A stretch of DNA of 64,000 nt, from positions 5,978-69,977 of the forward strand of contig CAISGE010000032.1 of the NCBI GenBank assembly GCA_903884815.1, in the 5' to 3' direction. The notes beneath the pieces are model-generated. The model was not told the DNA's origin and searched no databases. It saw nothing but the letters and a program-made list of their open reading frames with translations. The translations under genes were made by a program, and so were the position numbers. Shown in pieces: positions 53,813 to 62,968 of this stretch. Origin of the DNA: Candidatus Omnitrophota bacterium. GTDB lineage: Bacteria; Omnitrophota; Omnitrophia; Omnitrophales; Aquincolibacteriaceae. How positions within the stretch are numbered: the stretch's first letter is position 1; each line of letters starts with the position of its first letter.

Positions 53813-54255
53813 AAAAGCCTTATCTCGTATTTATTTATTCTCTGATCGCTCCCGGTCTAGGGCAGCTCTATCTTGGAGAAAGCGCTAAGGGGTGGACGTT
53901 TCTCTCGATGACCGGTGGCATCGTTGTGAGTCTTATTGTCAGTCATACGATGATCGCCTGGATCTTGATGGGCGGGATTTATCTGGCGATTATGATCCCT
54001 GCCGCTTTAGACGCCTTTCAAACCGCTTCCGGCAGGCCGCGCGTTTTCGCAGGAGATTCCCGGGCTTATGCGATCGGGATGCTTCTTCTGGTCGGGCCTT
54101 TCGCTCTTCCGCTTTTGTGGCAAAGCGGCAGGTTTTCTAAAATAGCAAAGATCGCTTGGACTCTGGTCGTGATCCTGATTGCGTTATTGGGGATCGTGGT
54201 GCTGGCTTTTTCGGCCTCATTCTTGGACCCTTTCATGAAACAAGCTGCCGGGTAG
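53809..54255 (+). CDS. membrane protein (APGLGQLYLG motif, 4 TM)
   Basis: paralogous motif to the 52402 protein; multiple hydrophobic helices. Confidence 0.5.
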   Translation: MKKPYLVFIYSLIAPGLGQLYLGESAKGWTFLSMTGGIVVSLIVSHTMIAWILMGGIYLAIMIPAALDAFQTASGRPRVFAGDSRAYAIGMLLLVGPFALPLLWQSGRFSKIAKIAWTLVVILIALLGIVVLAFSASFLDPFMKQAAG

Positions 54256-54369
54256 CGGAATCCGTTCTATTCGGTTCGAAGACTTGGGCGGCGCATCGTT
54301 TTTTCAAAAGTGATTCTTGCTTTGGAGGAACCGCGTGTTAGAATACCCGAAAATTATCCAGGAGGATTT

Positions 54370-54864
54370 ATGAATTCCGGAAAAATGATCGCGTTTTTTC
54401 TTTTATCTTTTTTGATAGGGTCTGGCTGCTTCGCTGAAGCGCCCTCGCCCTCACAGGCGAAGCCATCCGCACAGGGCGTGACTCCGGCCGTCTCCCAGCC
54501 AGTTGGTCAGTGGTCCGAAGGATGGTATAAGGGCGCCGACGGGTATGAAAAAGCGATCCAGGAGTATCGTCAAACTCAAAAGGCTGTGGCTGTTTATGTC
54601 AACGTGAGTTGGTGCCCCTACTGCCGGAAATTCGAAAAAGGAATTCTCTCTTCACCGATCGTTAAGGATTTTATGAAAGATAAGATCAAGGTTAGTATCG
54701 ATCCGGAGTCTGGGGCACGGGAGAAAGAGATCGTGGCGCAGTATCGGATCCGTGGATTCCCTTCTTTTTTTCTACATTCGTCCAAGACGATGCAGGCGAT
54801 GCAACTTAGCACGAGTGTTTCTCCGGAAGAATTCATTAAGAATTTCGAACAAGCCCAAAAGTGA
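54370..54864 (+). CDS. secreted thioredoxin-fold protein (WCPYC)
   Basis: signal peptide and WCPYC redox motif; GGAGGA RBS. Confidence 0.55.
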   Translation: MNSGKMIAFFLLSFLIGSGCFAEAPSPSQAKPSAQGVTPAVSQPVGQWSEGWYKGADGYEKAIQEYRQTQKAVAVYVNVSWCPYCRKFEKGILSSPIVKDFMKDKIKVSIDPESGAREKEIVAQYRIRGFPSFFLHSSKTMQAMQLSTSVSPEEFIKNFEQAQK

Positions 54865-55634
54865 TCCCAGTCGCGCTTTCGATCGCCGGTTCCGACCCTT
54901 CAGGCGGCGCCGGCCTTCAGGCCGATCTCAAGACTTTTCACCGGTACAAGGTCTATGGGATGGCCGTTGTCACTCTTTTGACCGCGCAAAACACCCAGGG
55001 TGTCCGGGCGGTTTACCCTGTGTCCTCCCTTCAGGTGGCCCGTCAGCTTGAAGTGGTCCTTTCCGATATCCTCCCCGGTGCAGCCAAAATCGGTGCTTTG
55101 GGGAATGAAAAGATCATTCAAGTCGTGGCGGCCTGTGTGCGGAAATTCAGTTTCCCGCTTGTCATCGATCCTGTCATGATCAGCAAACATGGCGCGCGGC
55201 TTCTTCCTCGGTATGCTGTGCATGCTTTTATTAAGAGGCTTCTCCCTCTCGCGACATTGGTTACGCCCAACCTTTGTGAAGCGGAAGCTTTGAGCGGTCT
55301 CCGGGTCCGTGACGTAGAATCGATGGAAAAAGCCGCGCGGATCATTTCCAGGTTTGGCCCTCGGGCCGTGCTTGTCAAAGGCGGTCATCTGGAGGGAGCG
55401 GCCCTGGATCTCTTTTATCAGGATGGCCGGATCCACTGCTTTAAGGCCCCGAGGATCAGGACACAGCACACCCATGGGACGGGCTGCACCTATTCTGCCG
55501 CCATTACCGCCGGGCTTGCCCAAGGCAAGGATCTTTTCGGTGCTATCGCGTCCGCCAAGAGGTTTATCGCGAGGGCCATCCGTACAGCCCCGGGGCTTGG
55601 ACACGGAGTGGGTCCTGTGAACCATTTCGCGTAA
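54861..55634 (+). CDS. thiD: hydroxymethylpyrimidine/phosphomethylpyrimidine kinase
   Basis: LSIAGSDPSGGAGLQADLKTF N-terminus, ribokinase-like fold; GTG start overlapping upstream stop. Confidence 0.85.
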   Translation: MIPVALSIAGSDPSGGAGLQADLKTFHRYKVYGMAVVTLLTAQNTQGVRAVYPVSSLQVARQLEVVLSDILPGAAKIGALGNEKIIQVVAACVRKFSFPLVIDPVMISKHGARLLPRYAVHAFIKRLLPLATLVTPNLCEAEALSGLRVRDVESMEKAARIISRFGPRAVLVKGGHLEGAALDLFYQDGRIHCFKAPRIRTQHTHGTGCTYSAAITAGLAQGKDLFGAIASAKRFIARAIRTAPGLGHGVGPVNHFA

Positions 55635-55716
55635 AGGGACCGCGGCTCAAATTGTTTTTTAAAAAACCTCGCGTTCGGATATAATCCTGCTCATTAATCG
55701 ACCCAAGGGGTGAAAG

Positions 55717-56310
55717 ATGATCTGTTGTCTGGATTTGGAAGGCGTGTTGATCCCAGAGATATGGATCAATGTGGCAAAGAAGACCGGCATAAAAGCACTC
55801 GAAAGGACCACTCGCGATGAGCCGGACTATGACAAGCTGATGCGCTATCGCCTCGCGATCCTGAAAAAAGAGGGGATACTCCTTTGCGATATTCAGGCTG
55901 TGATCTGGAGCATGAACCCGCTTCCGGGTGCGAAAGATTTTCTAAGGAAGCTCCACGAAACCTATCAGGTCATTATCCTTTCTGATACCTATTATGAGTT
56001 TGCCGCTTCGATGATGAAGAAGCTGGGGAATCCGACACTTTTTTGCAATTGGCTTTCGACGGATAAGAAGGGTTTTATTGCGGATTATCATTTGCGCCAG
56101 AGGAGCGGAAAGAAAGAAGCTGTCCGGGCGATCCGGAGTCTCGGCTTCAAAGTCGTCGCGGCGGGGGATTCCTATAACGATATCGCCATGCTCAAGACCG
56201 CAGACCGAGGGATTCTTTTTCGTCCCCCAGCTAAGATCGTAAAGCAGTTCCCCGAATTTCCGGTTACGATGACCTATTCCCAACTTCTCGCGGCCTTCCG
56301 TAAGAAATAA
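55717..56310 (+). CDS. thrH: HAD-family phosphoserine phosphatase / homoserine phosphotransferase ThrH-like
   Basis: near-collinear match to Pseudomonas ThrH (CLDLEGVLIPEIWI..., ILSDTYYEF, AAGDSYNDIAML). Confidence 0.75.
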   Translation: MICCLDLEGVLIPEIWINVAKKTGIKALERTTRDEPDYDKLMRYRLAILKKEGILLCDIQAVIWSMNPLPGAKDFLRKLHETYQVIILSDTYYEFAASMMKKLGNPTLFCNWLSTDKKGFIADYHLRQRSGKKEAVRAIRSLGFKVVAAGDSYNDIAMLKTADRGILFRPPAKIVKQFPEFPVTMTYSQLLAAFRKK

Positions 56311-56393
56311 TCTCGTTGGCGTTCCAGCAAGACTTTCTCTGAAAATGAAGCTCTTCTCCCGCTGAGTCGTTCTCGCGGTTTCTCCGGATTCTT

Positions 56394-56783
56394 TTAGAGG
56401 TTTGTGCGGATCTTCTGCGCGGCTGCGGCAAGCTCTTCCTGTGTTGCCGTCTTAGCCCTGGCGAAGCTGAGATCGCCGACACTATTGATCGGGATTAAAT
56501 GAACATGGGCGTGAGGGACTTCGATCCCGGCGACCATGATCCCGACTTTTTTGCAGGGGAATGCTTTTCCGATCGCCCGGGCGACCTTTTTGGCGAAGAC
56601 CATCAGCCCCTTCAGCAGTTCGTCTTCCATATCAAAGATATAATCGATCTCCTGTTTCGGGATCACAAGCGTGTGACCGGGGTTGACCGGGCGTAGGTCC
56701 AGGAACGCCAGATAGCGGTTGTCTTCGAGAATCTTATGAGCGGGGATCTCGCCTGAAATGATTTTTGTGAATAGGGTTGGCAT
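56394..56783 (-). CDS. HIT family (histidine triad) protein
   Basis: FTKIISGEIPA N-terminus and HAHVHLIP histidine triad. Confidence 0.85.
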   Translation of the reverse strand: MPTLFTKIISGEIPAHKILEDNRYLAFLDLRPVNPGHTLVIPKQEIDYIFDMEDELLKGLMVFAKKVARAIGKAFPCKKVGIMVAGIEVPHAHVHLIPINSVGDLSFARAKTATQEELAAAAQKIRTNL

Positions 56784-56913
56784 GAAAACCTCCTTGAGAA
56801 GGGCTCGGTTTGATTTTTGTTTATTGTAAGGGGCATTTTAAAAGAGGGGTACCCTTTTTTAACGCGAATGCGCTACAATGTAGCGTTAACACTATTCAAT
56901 AGGAGGACGTGCC

Positions 56914-57258
56914 ATGGTGGACGAAAATAAAAATACTGTTTTAGGCGTGAAGGAAAATATCGAGGCGGTTCTTTGCTACGCTCTCGGCTGGATCACGGGG
57001 CTTGTGTTTTTGCTCCTGGAACAAAAAAATGAGTTCGTTCGTTTTCACGCGATGCAGTCCCTTGCGACATTCCTCGGGCTTTTCATTGTTTCATTGGTGC
57101 TCGGGTTTATTCCGTTTCTCGGGATTCTGATCAATCTATTGATCTGGCCCCTCAGTGTGGTTCTCTGGATCGTGCTGATGGTGAAAGCCTACAAGGGGGA
57201 ACGTTATAAATTGCCGGTGGTCGGCGATTTCGTCGAAAAACAGCTCGGCAGTAAATAA
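56914..57258 (+). CDS. DUF4870-family membrane protein
   Basis: YALGWITGLVFLL...FVRFHAMQS pattern; AGGAGG RBS. Confidence 0.6.
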   Translation: MVDENKNTVLGVKENIEAVLCYALGWITGLVFLLLEQKNEFVRFHAMQSLATFLGLFIVSLVLGFIPFLGILINLLIWPLSVVLWIVLMVKAYKGERYKLPVVGDFVEKQLGSK

Positions 57259-57348
57259 CCTCAAAAGAATAGAGGGCTCGTTTCTCGGGACTTGGGACAC
57301 AAAAAATTGTCAAACCGAGATAAATCTGTGGAAACGAGCTCTTTTTTT

Positions 57349-57660
57349 ATGACGGATTTTCAATGCCGCCAGTGTGGCGTCTGTTGCAAACAACCCGGTT
57401 TTGTGTATCTCGCAAGCGGGGACGCTGAGCGTCTTGCCGCGTATCTCAAGATGGATATTTACTCCTTTACGCAGGCTTACTGTCTTCTTCAGGACCGGCG
57501 TTATCTCGCCCTTAAAAAAAATCAGGATGAAAGTTGCCTTTTTTTGAAGTCGAAGGGGTGCTCCGCTTATGACGCGCGGCCCGCGCAGTGCCGCGAATTC
57601 CCCTTGAGATGGAAAACTGAAAAAAGCCTTAAATACTGCGAAGGGTTGAAGCCGCGCTGA
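57349..57660 (+). CDS. YkgJ-family CxxCxxCC zinc/iron cluster protein
   Basis: FQCRQCGVCC motif; start at MTDFQC preferred over the ORF-track 57292. Confidence 0.65.
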   Translation: MTDFQCRQCGVCCKQPGFVYLASGDAERLAAYLKMDIYSFTQAYCLLQDRRYLALKKNQDESCLFLKSKGCSAYDARPAQCREFPLRWKTEKSLKYCEGLKPR

Positions 57661-57859
57661 GAACCGGGACCCTCGGCGGTGGACTTCAAAAATCTGCCTC
57701 ATCTCGCGGCCTGAGATGGCCGATAACCCAGGAGTGCGGTTCAGAGGTTAATCCCAAATAGCACATTTATCTGCGGTGTGCTTAAATGTGGTAAAATCAG
57801 ACCTGCGGTTCTTCCTTAGAACCAAGGACTGATAATTAAGCGGAGGCGAGGCGGCAAAG

Positions 57860-58285
57860 ATGCTTATTAAAGATATTATGACCCGGGATGTCATCACCTT
57901 GAACATCGATGATTCTTTCTGTAAGGTAGCGGACATTTTTCAGAAAAAAAACATTCGTCACTTGCCGGTTGTCAATTCGCAGGGAGAGATCCTGGGGATC
58001 ATTTCCCAAAGCGACTTGAACCGCATTGCTTCTCCCCAAAAAAAGGAGCAGGGAGATTACCTGTACTCTTCGGAGGACCTTTGCAAGTATGTTTTAGGGC
58101 AGCATCTCATTCAGAAAATCCTAACACTTTCTCCCGAGGATTCCCTTGAAACGGCCGTGGAGCTCATGGCTCGGATGAAATTAGGCTGTATCCCGATCGT
58201 AGGCCCAGATGGAAAAGTAGCCGGGATCGTGACTCCGGTGGATATGATGAAGCTTTTTTTAAAGGATCTTCGCGCGTCTCGCTAA
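57860..58285 (+). CDS. CBS-pair domain protein
   Basis: two CBS motifs (IMTRDVITL...; HLPVVN...GIIS). Confidence 0.75.
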   Translation: MLIKDIMTRDVITLNIDDSFCKVADIFQKKNIRHLPVVNSQGEILGIISQSDLNRIASPQKKEQGDYLYSSEDLCKYVLGQHLIQKILTLSPEDSLETAVELMARMKLGCIPIVGPDGKVAGIVTPVDMMKLFLKDLRASR

Positions 58286-58327
58286 CTGTTCTTGTTTCTC
58301 AAAAGGCCTTAATTAGGAATTAATCTT

Positions 58328-59074
58328 ATGAAAAAAAAGATTCTGGTCGTTGATGATGAACCTTTTTTCATCGAAGTCTTCACGTTGAAGCTTGTCGAGG
58401 CTGGTTTTGAGGTTTGTTCTGCCCGGAATGGTGCGGAAGCGGTTGCAAAGGTCAAGGCGGAAAAACCTCATTTGATCATCATGGATGTGATGATGCCTGT
58501 AATGAGTGGTTTTGATGCGACGCAGAAGATACGGGAGGACCCCGCTGCGGCGAATGTCCCGATCATTATTTTTACGGCGAAGGGCTCCATGATGGATTTC
58601 TTTTCTGGCATGCGCGCGATTGAAAGCATGTCCAAAACCGTGGGTGCAGATCATGTGATCGAGCGTGTGGTGGCCCTTATCGGGCAGCCTCCCCCCAGTG
58701 TGGGAGGTTTGAAACGGGCGGTACTTCTTGGTGTGGAAGATGCTCTGGTGGAAAAGGTTCGAGTCCTTCTTAAGGGACTTAAGTACGAAGTTTTTCCGGC
58801 GTTGAATGAAAAAGAAGCGGTGATGATGGCAGAAAATCTTAAACCCGCGGCGATTTTCTGCCAACTCTGGGAGGACAGCAGCGTCCTGGATGCTCCGAAG
58901 ATCGCCCAAGGATTGGCGAAGAACGCCGCGATCGCGGGCATTCCTTTTTATATTTACTGCAAGGAGGCACTTTCGGTGGAGGCCATGAAGCATTTTTCTC
59001 TTGGAAATATCATTACTTACAAGGAAAGTAGCGAGCTTTTGAAGAAGCTGGAAGTGTTGCTCAGTAAAAAATAA
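58328..59074 (+). CDS. response regulator, receiver plus degenerate receiver-like domain (paralog of 44656)
   Basis: canonical REC (VVDDEP, IMDVMMP, FTAKG) followed by pseudo-REC with FCQLWED motif; convergent with the sensor kinase. Confidence 0.75.
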   Translation: MKKKILVVDDEPFFIEVFTLKLVEAGFEVCSARNGAEAVAKVKAEKPHLIIMDVMMPVMSGFDATQKIREDPAAANVPIIIFTAKGSMMDFFSGMRAIESMSKTVGADHVIERVVALIGQPPPSVGGLKRAVLLGVEDALVEKVRVLLKGLKYEVFPALNEKEAVMMAENLKPAAIFCQLWEDSSVLDAPKIAQGLAKNAAIAGIPFYIYCKEALSVEAMKHFSLGNIITYKESSELLKKLEVLLSKK

Positions 59075-59095
59075 AACCAAGCCAGACATTTCTCC
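59065..59095. terminator. convergent-gene terminator hairpin between the response regulator and the histidine kinase
   Basis: aaccaagcc-13 nt-ggcttggtt. Confidence 0.5.
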
Positions 59096-59126
59096 GGGCT
59101 TGGTTCCGCGATGCCGTTGTCCCGAA

Positions 59127-60515
59127 CTAAAGAATCTTTCCCTCAGTTTCTGCCCTGTCGGGTTTGTCCATTTTTAACAAGGGGCGCGGAGGAAGTGTGA
59201 GGACGAACTGCGAGCCTTTGCCGGGCTGGCTTTCAACCCAGATCTTTCCGCCATGCATTTTGACAAACTTTTGGCTGATCGCGAGCCCTAACCCCGTTCC
59301 TTTGAGATTGGCCGCCGTCGCGCGCCCGGCCAGCTCGTAGGGCCTGAAGATCGAAGTCTGGTTTTCCGGGGCGATCCCGGGCCCAGAATCCTCGACGGTG
59401 ATCCTTGCTCCGCCGTCCGGTTCCTTGGATAAGCGGGCATGGACAAAACCGTGTCCTGTGAATTTGATGGCGTTTGAAAGAAGGTTGTAAAGCACCTGGC
59501 GCAGTTTGAGCTCATCGCCGGTGATCTTGAGGCTCGCGGGGGTCTCGATGAATTTGAGGGTTAGACTCTTTTGGGACGCCTCTTCATAAAAAAGGTCGAG
59601 CGCGTTGCGGATGATGCCCACGAGTTCAATCTCCCGGGGGAGTAGCTGCATTCTTTTAGACTCGATCTTGGAAAGTTCGAGCACGTCCGTGACGAGGTCG
59701 CGAAGGTGCTTGGCTCCAAGTTCGATGCGTGTCAGAAAATCCTTCTGTTTTTCTGTCGGGGGCTCTGTCGGGCTCTCAAGGAGCAATTGTGAAAAGCCGA
59801 GCATGGAATTGAGCGGTGCGCGGATATCATGACTCATGTGGGAGAAGTATTCGGTTTGCAGATGATAAGCGTATTTGACCTTCTCGTTTGTTTCCCGGAG
59901 CTCGTGGAGGAGCTGTTCCAGGCGCTCTTCCTGTTTCACAAGGGGCGTTGCGAGGGACCTGACCAGGATTGCGATCAAATAAAAGAAGGCAATGTGGCGG
60001 ACGATAATGGCTGTTTCCTGGATCCGGCTCAGGCCAACCCCGAAAGAAACCGTGGGAGGGATGATGTGGAGATGGCCGAGAATGGTCAGTGCCGCGTAGA
60101 GAGCTGCCGCCAAGGTGGTCATTTGCAGGACCAGAAAAAGGGGAAGATTCAGGGCGCAGTAGACGATCGAGATGCAGAGGCAGGAGGTATAAAGAAACAG
60201 GTCGACGCTCCCGAAAAGGTGCAGGGTGGAGACCGCGGCCAGAAAATCAATCACAACAGAGCCGACCAGGGCATTGAAACCGGATGCCGCACTTTTAAAG
60301 AAAACCTTGTAGGGACGGTTCAGGAAGAGCTCGATCAGGATGACCAGATAAAGGGGCCAGAGATTTTCGATAGTGAAATTGCCCCATTTGCAGGTAAGGA
60401 TGTAAGCAGGGAGGAGAAAAAGAATGGTGAGGATGCGGCGCCGATAGAGTTTCCGGGCTTTTTTGTAAATCGCGTCAGCCGGGGTCTTGGGGGTGATTCT
60501 CATAGAGCACCTCAT
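59127..60515 (-). CDS. membrane sensor histidine kinase
   Basis: multi-TM N-terminus, HisKA H-box SHMSHDIRAPLNS, HATPase_c N/G1/G2 boxes. Confidence 0.8.
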   Translation of the reverse strand: MRCSMRITPKTPADAIYKKARKLYRRRILTILFLLPAYILTCKWGNFTIENLWPLYLVILIELFLNRPYKVFFKSAASGFNALVGSVVIDFLAAVSTLHLFGSVDLFLYTSCLCISIVYCALNLPLFLVLQMTTLAAALYAALTILGHLHIIPPTVSFGVGLSRIQETAIIVRHIAFFYLIAILVRSLATPLVKQEERLEQLLHELRETNEKVKYAYHLQTEYFSHMSHDIRAPLNSMLGFSQLLLESPTEPPTEKQKDFLTRIELGAKHLRDLVTDVLELSKIESKRMQLLPREIELVGIIRNALDLFYEEASQKSLTLKFIETPASLKITGDELKLRQVLYNLLSNAIKFTGHGFVHARLSKEPDGGARITVEDSGPGIAPENQTSIFRPYELAGRATAANLKGTGLGLAISQKFVKMHGGKIWVESQPGKGSQFVLTLPPRPLLKMDKPDRAETEGKIL

Positions 60516-60679
60516 GTTTTTGACCCGAATCCTGTAAACGAGTCTTTATCATAACGAAGCATGCAGCAAAAAGGAACTCCGATTTTTTAAAAAAATGTTA
60601 TAGGCTTGTTGTGGCGGACTTTCTCCGCTGGTAGAATGATATAGCGTTTTCCAGCACACGACTGACTGAAAGGACGTTT

Positions 60680-61789
60680 ATGGATACCAATGCATATTTA
60701 AGGTCTTGTCTCTCGATGGTCATCGAACAGAAGGGACAGGACGTTTTTCTAAAAGCAGGATCTGCTCCCCGCATGCGTCTTGGCGGGCAGGTCAACCCTA
60801 TGCCTTTGAAGCCGATCGCGGCGGAGGAACTCGCAGAGCTTGTGGAAGAGCTTCTTGATTCGCGGCAGAAAGATCTACTGCTGACGAATAAAGGCGTGGA
60901 TTTTGGCTTTTCTTATCGGGAGAGAGATTGCCGCTTTCGAGCGAATGCTTTTTATCAGCAGGGGAATATCTCGCTTGTTTTTCGTTTGTTGTGGAAGGGG
61001 ATTCCGAACTTTGAGGATCTCCGGCTCCCGCCCGTCCTGGAAAAGATCGCCCTTGAAAAATCGGGCATTATTCTTGTTGGGGGGACGGTCTCCTCAGGAA
61101 AAACATCAACGGTGGCCGCGATGCTCCGGACGATGAACGAGAATGTAGAAAAACATATTATTACGATCGAAGATCCCGTGGAGTATCTGCACCCAGACGG
61201 GAAGTGCCTTATTCAGCAGCGCGAAATCGGACAGGACGCGGAAAGTTTTCCCTCAGCGCTGAAATCCATGGTTCGTCAGTCCCCGGACGTGATCGTGATC
61301 GGTGAGATGCGTGATGCGGAGTCTTTCAATTTTGCGCTTGCAGCGGCGGAAGTCGGACGGCTTGTCATCGCGACGATCCACGCGCAATCCGCCCCGCAGA
61401 TCTTTGAGCGCATTCTCGGTTTTTTTCGTCGGGAGGGTGAGCGGGACACTGTCCTGCACCATTTTGCCCAGAACATGACCTGCATGGCGGTCCAAAAGCT
61501 TCTCCCGGATAAAGAAGGCACCGGCCTGGTTCCCTCTGTTGAGATCATGCTCGGGAACTACACGATCAAGCAGCTGATCATCGAAAAGAAAATGGAAAAA
61601 CTTCCGCAGGCGATCCGTAACGCCCACCAGGAAGGCATGCAGACCATGGATCAATCTCTTCTGGATCTTTGGAAAGCCGGGCACATCGAACAGGAGACAG
61701 CGGTCAGTGCGAGCGCTTCCCCGGAAGATCTGATCGCTCTGATGAAGGGATTTCGGATCGGTCAGGACACGAAGATTCTCGGAGGTTAG
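60680..61789 (+). CDS. pilT: PilT/PilU-family twitching-motility ATPase
   Basis: GGTVSSGKTST Walker A, VIVIGEMRD Asp box, His box IATIHAQS; no adjacent pilB/pilC. Confidence 0.82.
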   Translation: MDTNAYLRSCLSMVIEQKGQDVFLKAGSAPRMRLGGQVNPMPLKPIAAEELAELVEELLDSRQKDLLLTNKGVDFGFSYRERDCRFRANAFYQQGNISLVFRLLWKGIPNFEDLRLPPVLEKIALEKSGIILVGGTVSSGKTSTVAAMLRTMNENVEKHIITIEDPVEYLHPDGKCLIQQREIGQDAESFPSALKSMVRQSPDVIVIGEMRDAESFNFALAAAEVGRLVIATIHAQSAPQIFERILGFFRREGERDTVLHHFAQNMTCMAVQKLLPDKEGTGLVPSVEIMLGNYTIKQLIIEKKMEKLPQAIRNAHQEGMQTMDQSLLDLWKAGHIEQETAVSASASPEDLIALMKGFRIGQDTKILGG

Positions 61790-61821
61790 GACCCAGGAAG
61801 GGATTCGGATTTTCTGTAGAG

Positions 61822-61863
61822 AAAAGGGGACGGGCATCCGCTGATTGCCCGTCCCCTTTTTTG
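61822..61863. terminator. bidirectional rho-independent terminator between pilT and the AI-2E transporter gene
   Basis: aaaaggggacgggca-tccgctgat-tgcccgtcccctttttt. Confidence 0.7.
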
Positions 61864-62925
61864 TTAACTTGGTTCCGAGTACTTCGTCCGGTAGATCTTG
61901 ATGAGAGCGAAGAAGAGAGAGAGCACCACGGGTGCCAGGAAAATGCCCATCAGGCCATAGAGCTTCATCCCGCCCATGATTCCGAAGAAAAGCAGGAAGT
62001 AGGGCAGCTTGGTCTTCTCCCCGATGACCGCCGGCTTGATGATATTGTCGAGCAGGCTGATTACGAAAAATCCTACCAGGAAAAGGATGATCGCCTTTTT
62101 GAAAAGATGCATCAGCAGAAAATAGATCGCCATGGGAGCCCAGATGCTTGCGGCACCGAGGATTGGGACCAGGGAGGTCAGGAAGATCAGGAAGGTGAAA
62201 AAAAGCGGGAGTGGGACGCCAAGCGCTGTGAACAGGATTCCCGCCACTGTCGCCTGGGAGACGCTTGTCAAAAGCTGGCCGCGGATGACAGCCACAAACG
62301 TTTCATGAATCTGCGTGAAAAGGGCTTTTTTTGTTTCTTCCTCGAAGGGGGCGATCTCATAAATGAAGCGGTAGATCTTCTCCCCGTGCCGAAAAAAAAT
62401 AAAGGTGAGGAATGACATGAAAAAAACGTTCAAGAGGACAAAGAAAATATTCTTGGTGAAGGTGCCTGCCTGGGAAGCGGCGAGGTTCCCGAGCGTTTTA
62501 GCTGTTCCGAGAAGCCATGAGGATAGGGCGTTTTTGACGTCCGCGGACGCGACGAGACGCGCCTGTACCGCCTGGAACCAGGGGATATCCCGGACCTTCT
62601 CGATCAGCAGTTCCAGCTTTCCTTCCCGGACATAGTGGAAGGACCATTGGGAGAACTCAATGATCTGGGTGGCCATATTGATCAAGATCATGATGAGCGG
62701 GGGAACGACGATGAGGAAGACCACGACCGTCATCAGGAGCGCGATGGAATTGTTCCTCTTTGGAAAAATCCGCCGCAGTTTCGCGTAGACCGGATAAAAA
62801 GCAAAAGCGAGAATCGCCGCCCAAAAGATCGCCGTGAGGAATGGCGCAAAGATCTGAAAAACTTCGTAGACGATGAAAGCCAGGACTGCGATGAAGAAAA
62901 AGGATATGAATTGATCGCGTTTCAT
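61864..62925 (-). CDS. AI-2E family transporter (PerM/YhhT-like)
   Basis: 8-TM protein with characteristic N-terminal FWAAILAFAFYP region. Confidence 0.78.
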   Translation of the reverse strand: MKRDQFISFFFIAVLAFIVYEVFQIFAPFLTAIFWAAILAFAFYPVYAKLRRIFPKRNNSIALLMTVVVFLIVVPPLIMILINMATQIIEFSQWSFHYVREGKLELLIEKVRDIPWFQAVQARLVASADVKNALSSWLLGTAKTLGNLAASQAGTFTKNIFFVLLNVFFMSFLTFIFFRHGEKIYRFIYEIAPFEEETKKALFTQIHETFVAVIRGQLLTSVSQATVAGILFTALGVPLPLFFTFLIFLTSLVPILGAASIWAPMAIYFLLMHLFKKAIILFLVGFFVISLLDNIIKPAVIGEKTKLPYFLLFFGIMGGMKLYGLMGIFLAPVVLSLFFALIKIYRTKYSEPS

Positions 62926-62968
62926 GCTTCTAGTCTAGCGGATTCCATATTTTTAGCAAGAGGGGAGC

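Noticed and set aside
57662-57859. Intergenic region before the CBS gene, checked for tRNA or ncRNA
   Set aside because: There are short hairpins only and no tRNA-like acceptor/T-arm pattern; probably a promoter (TAAAAT box).
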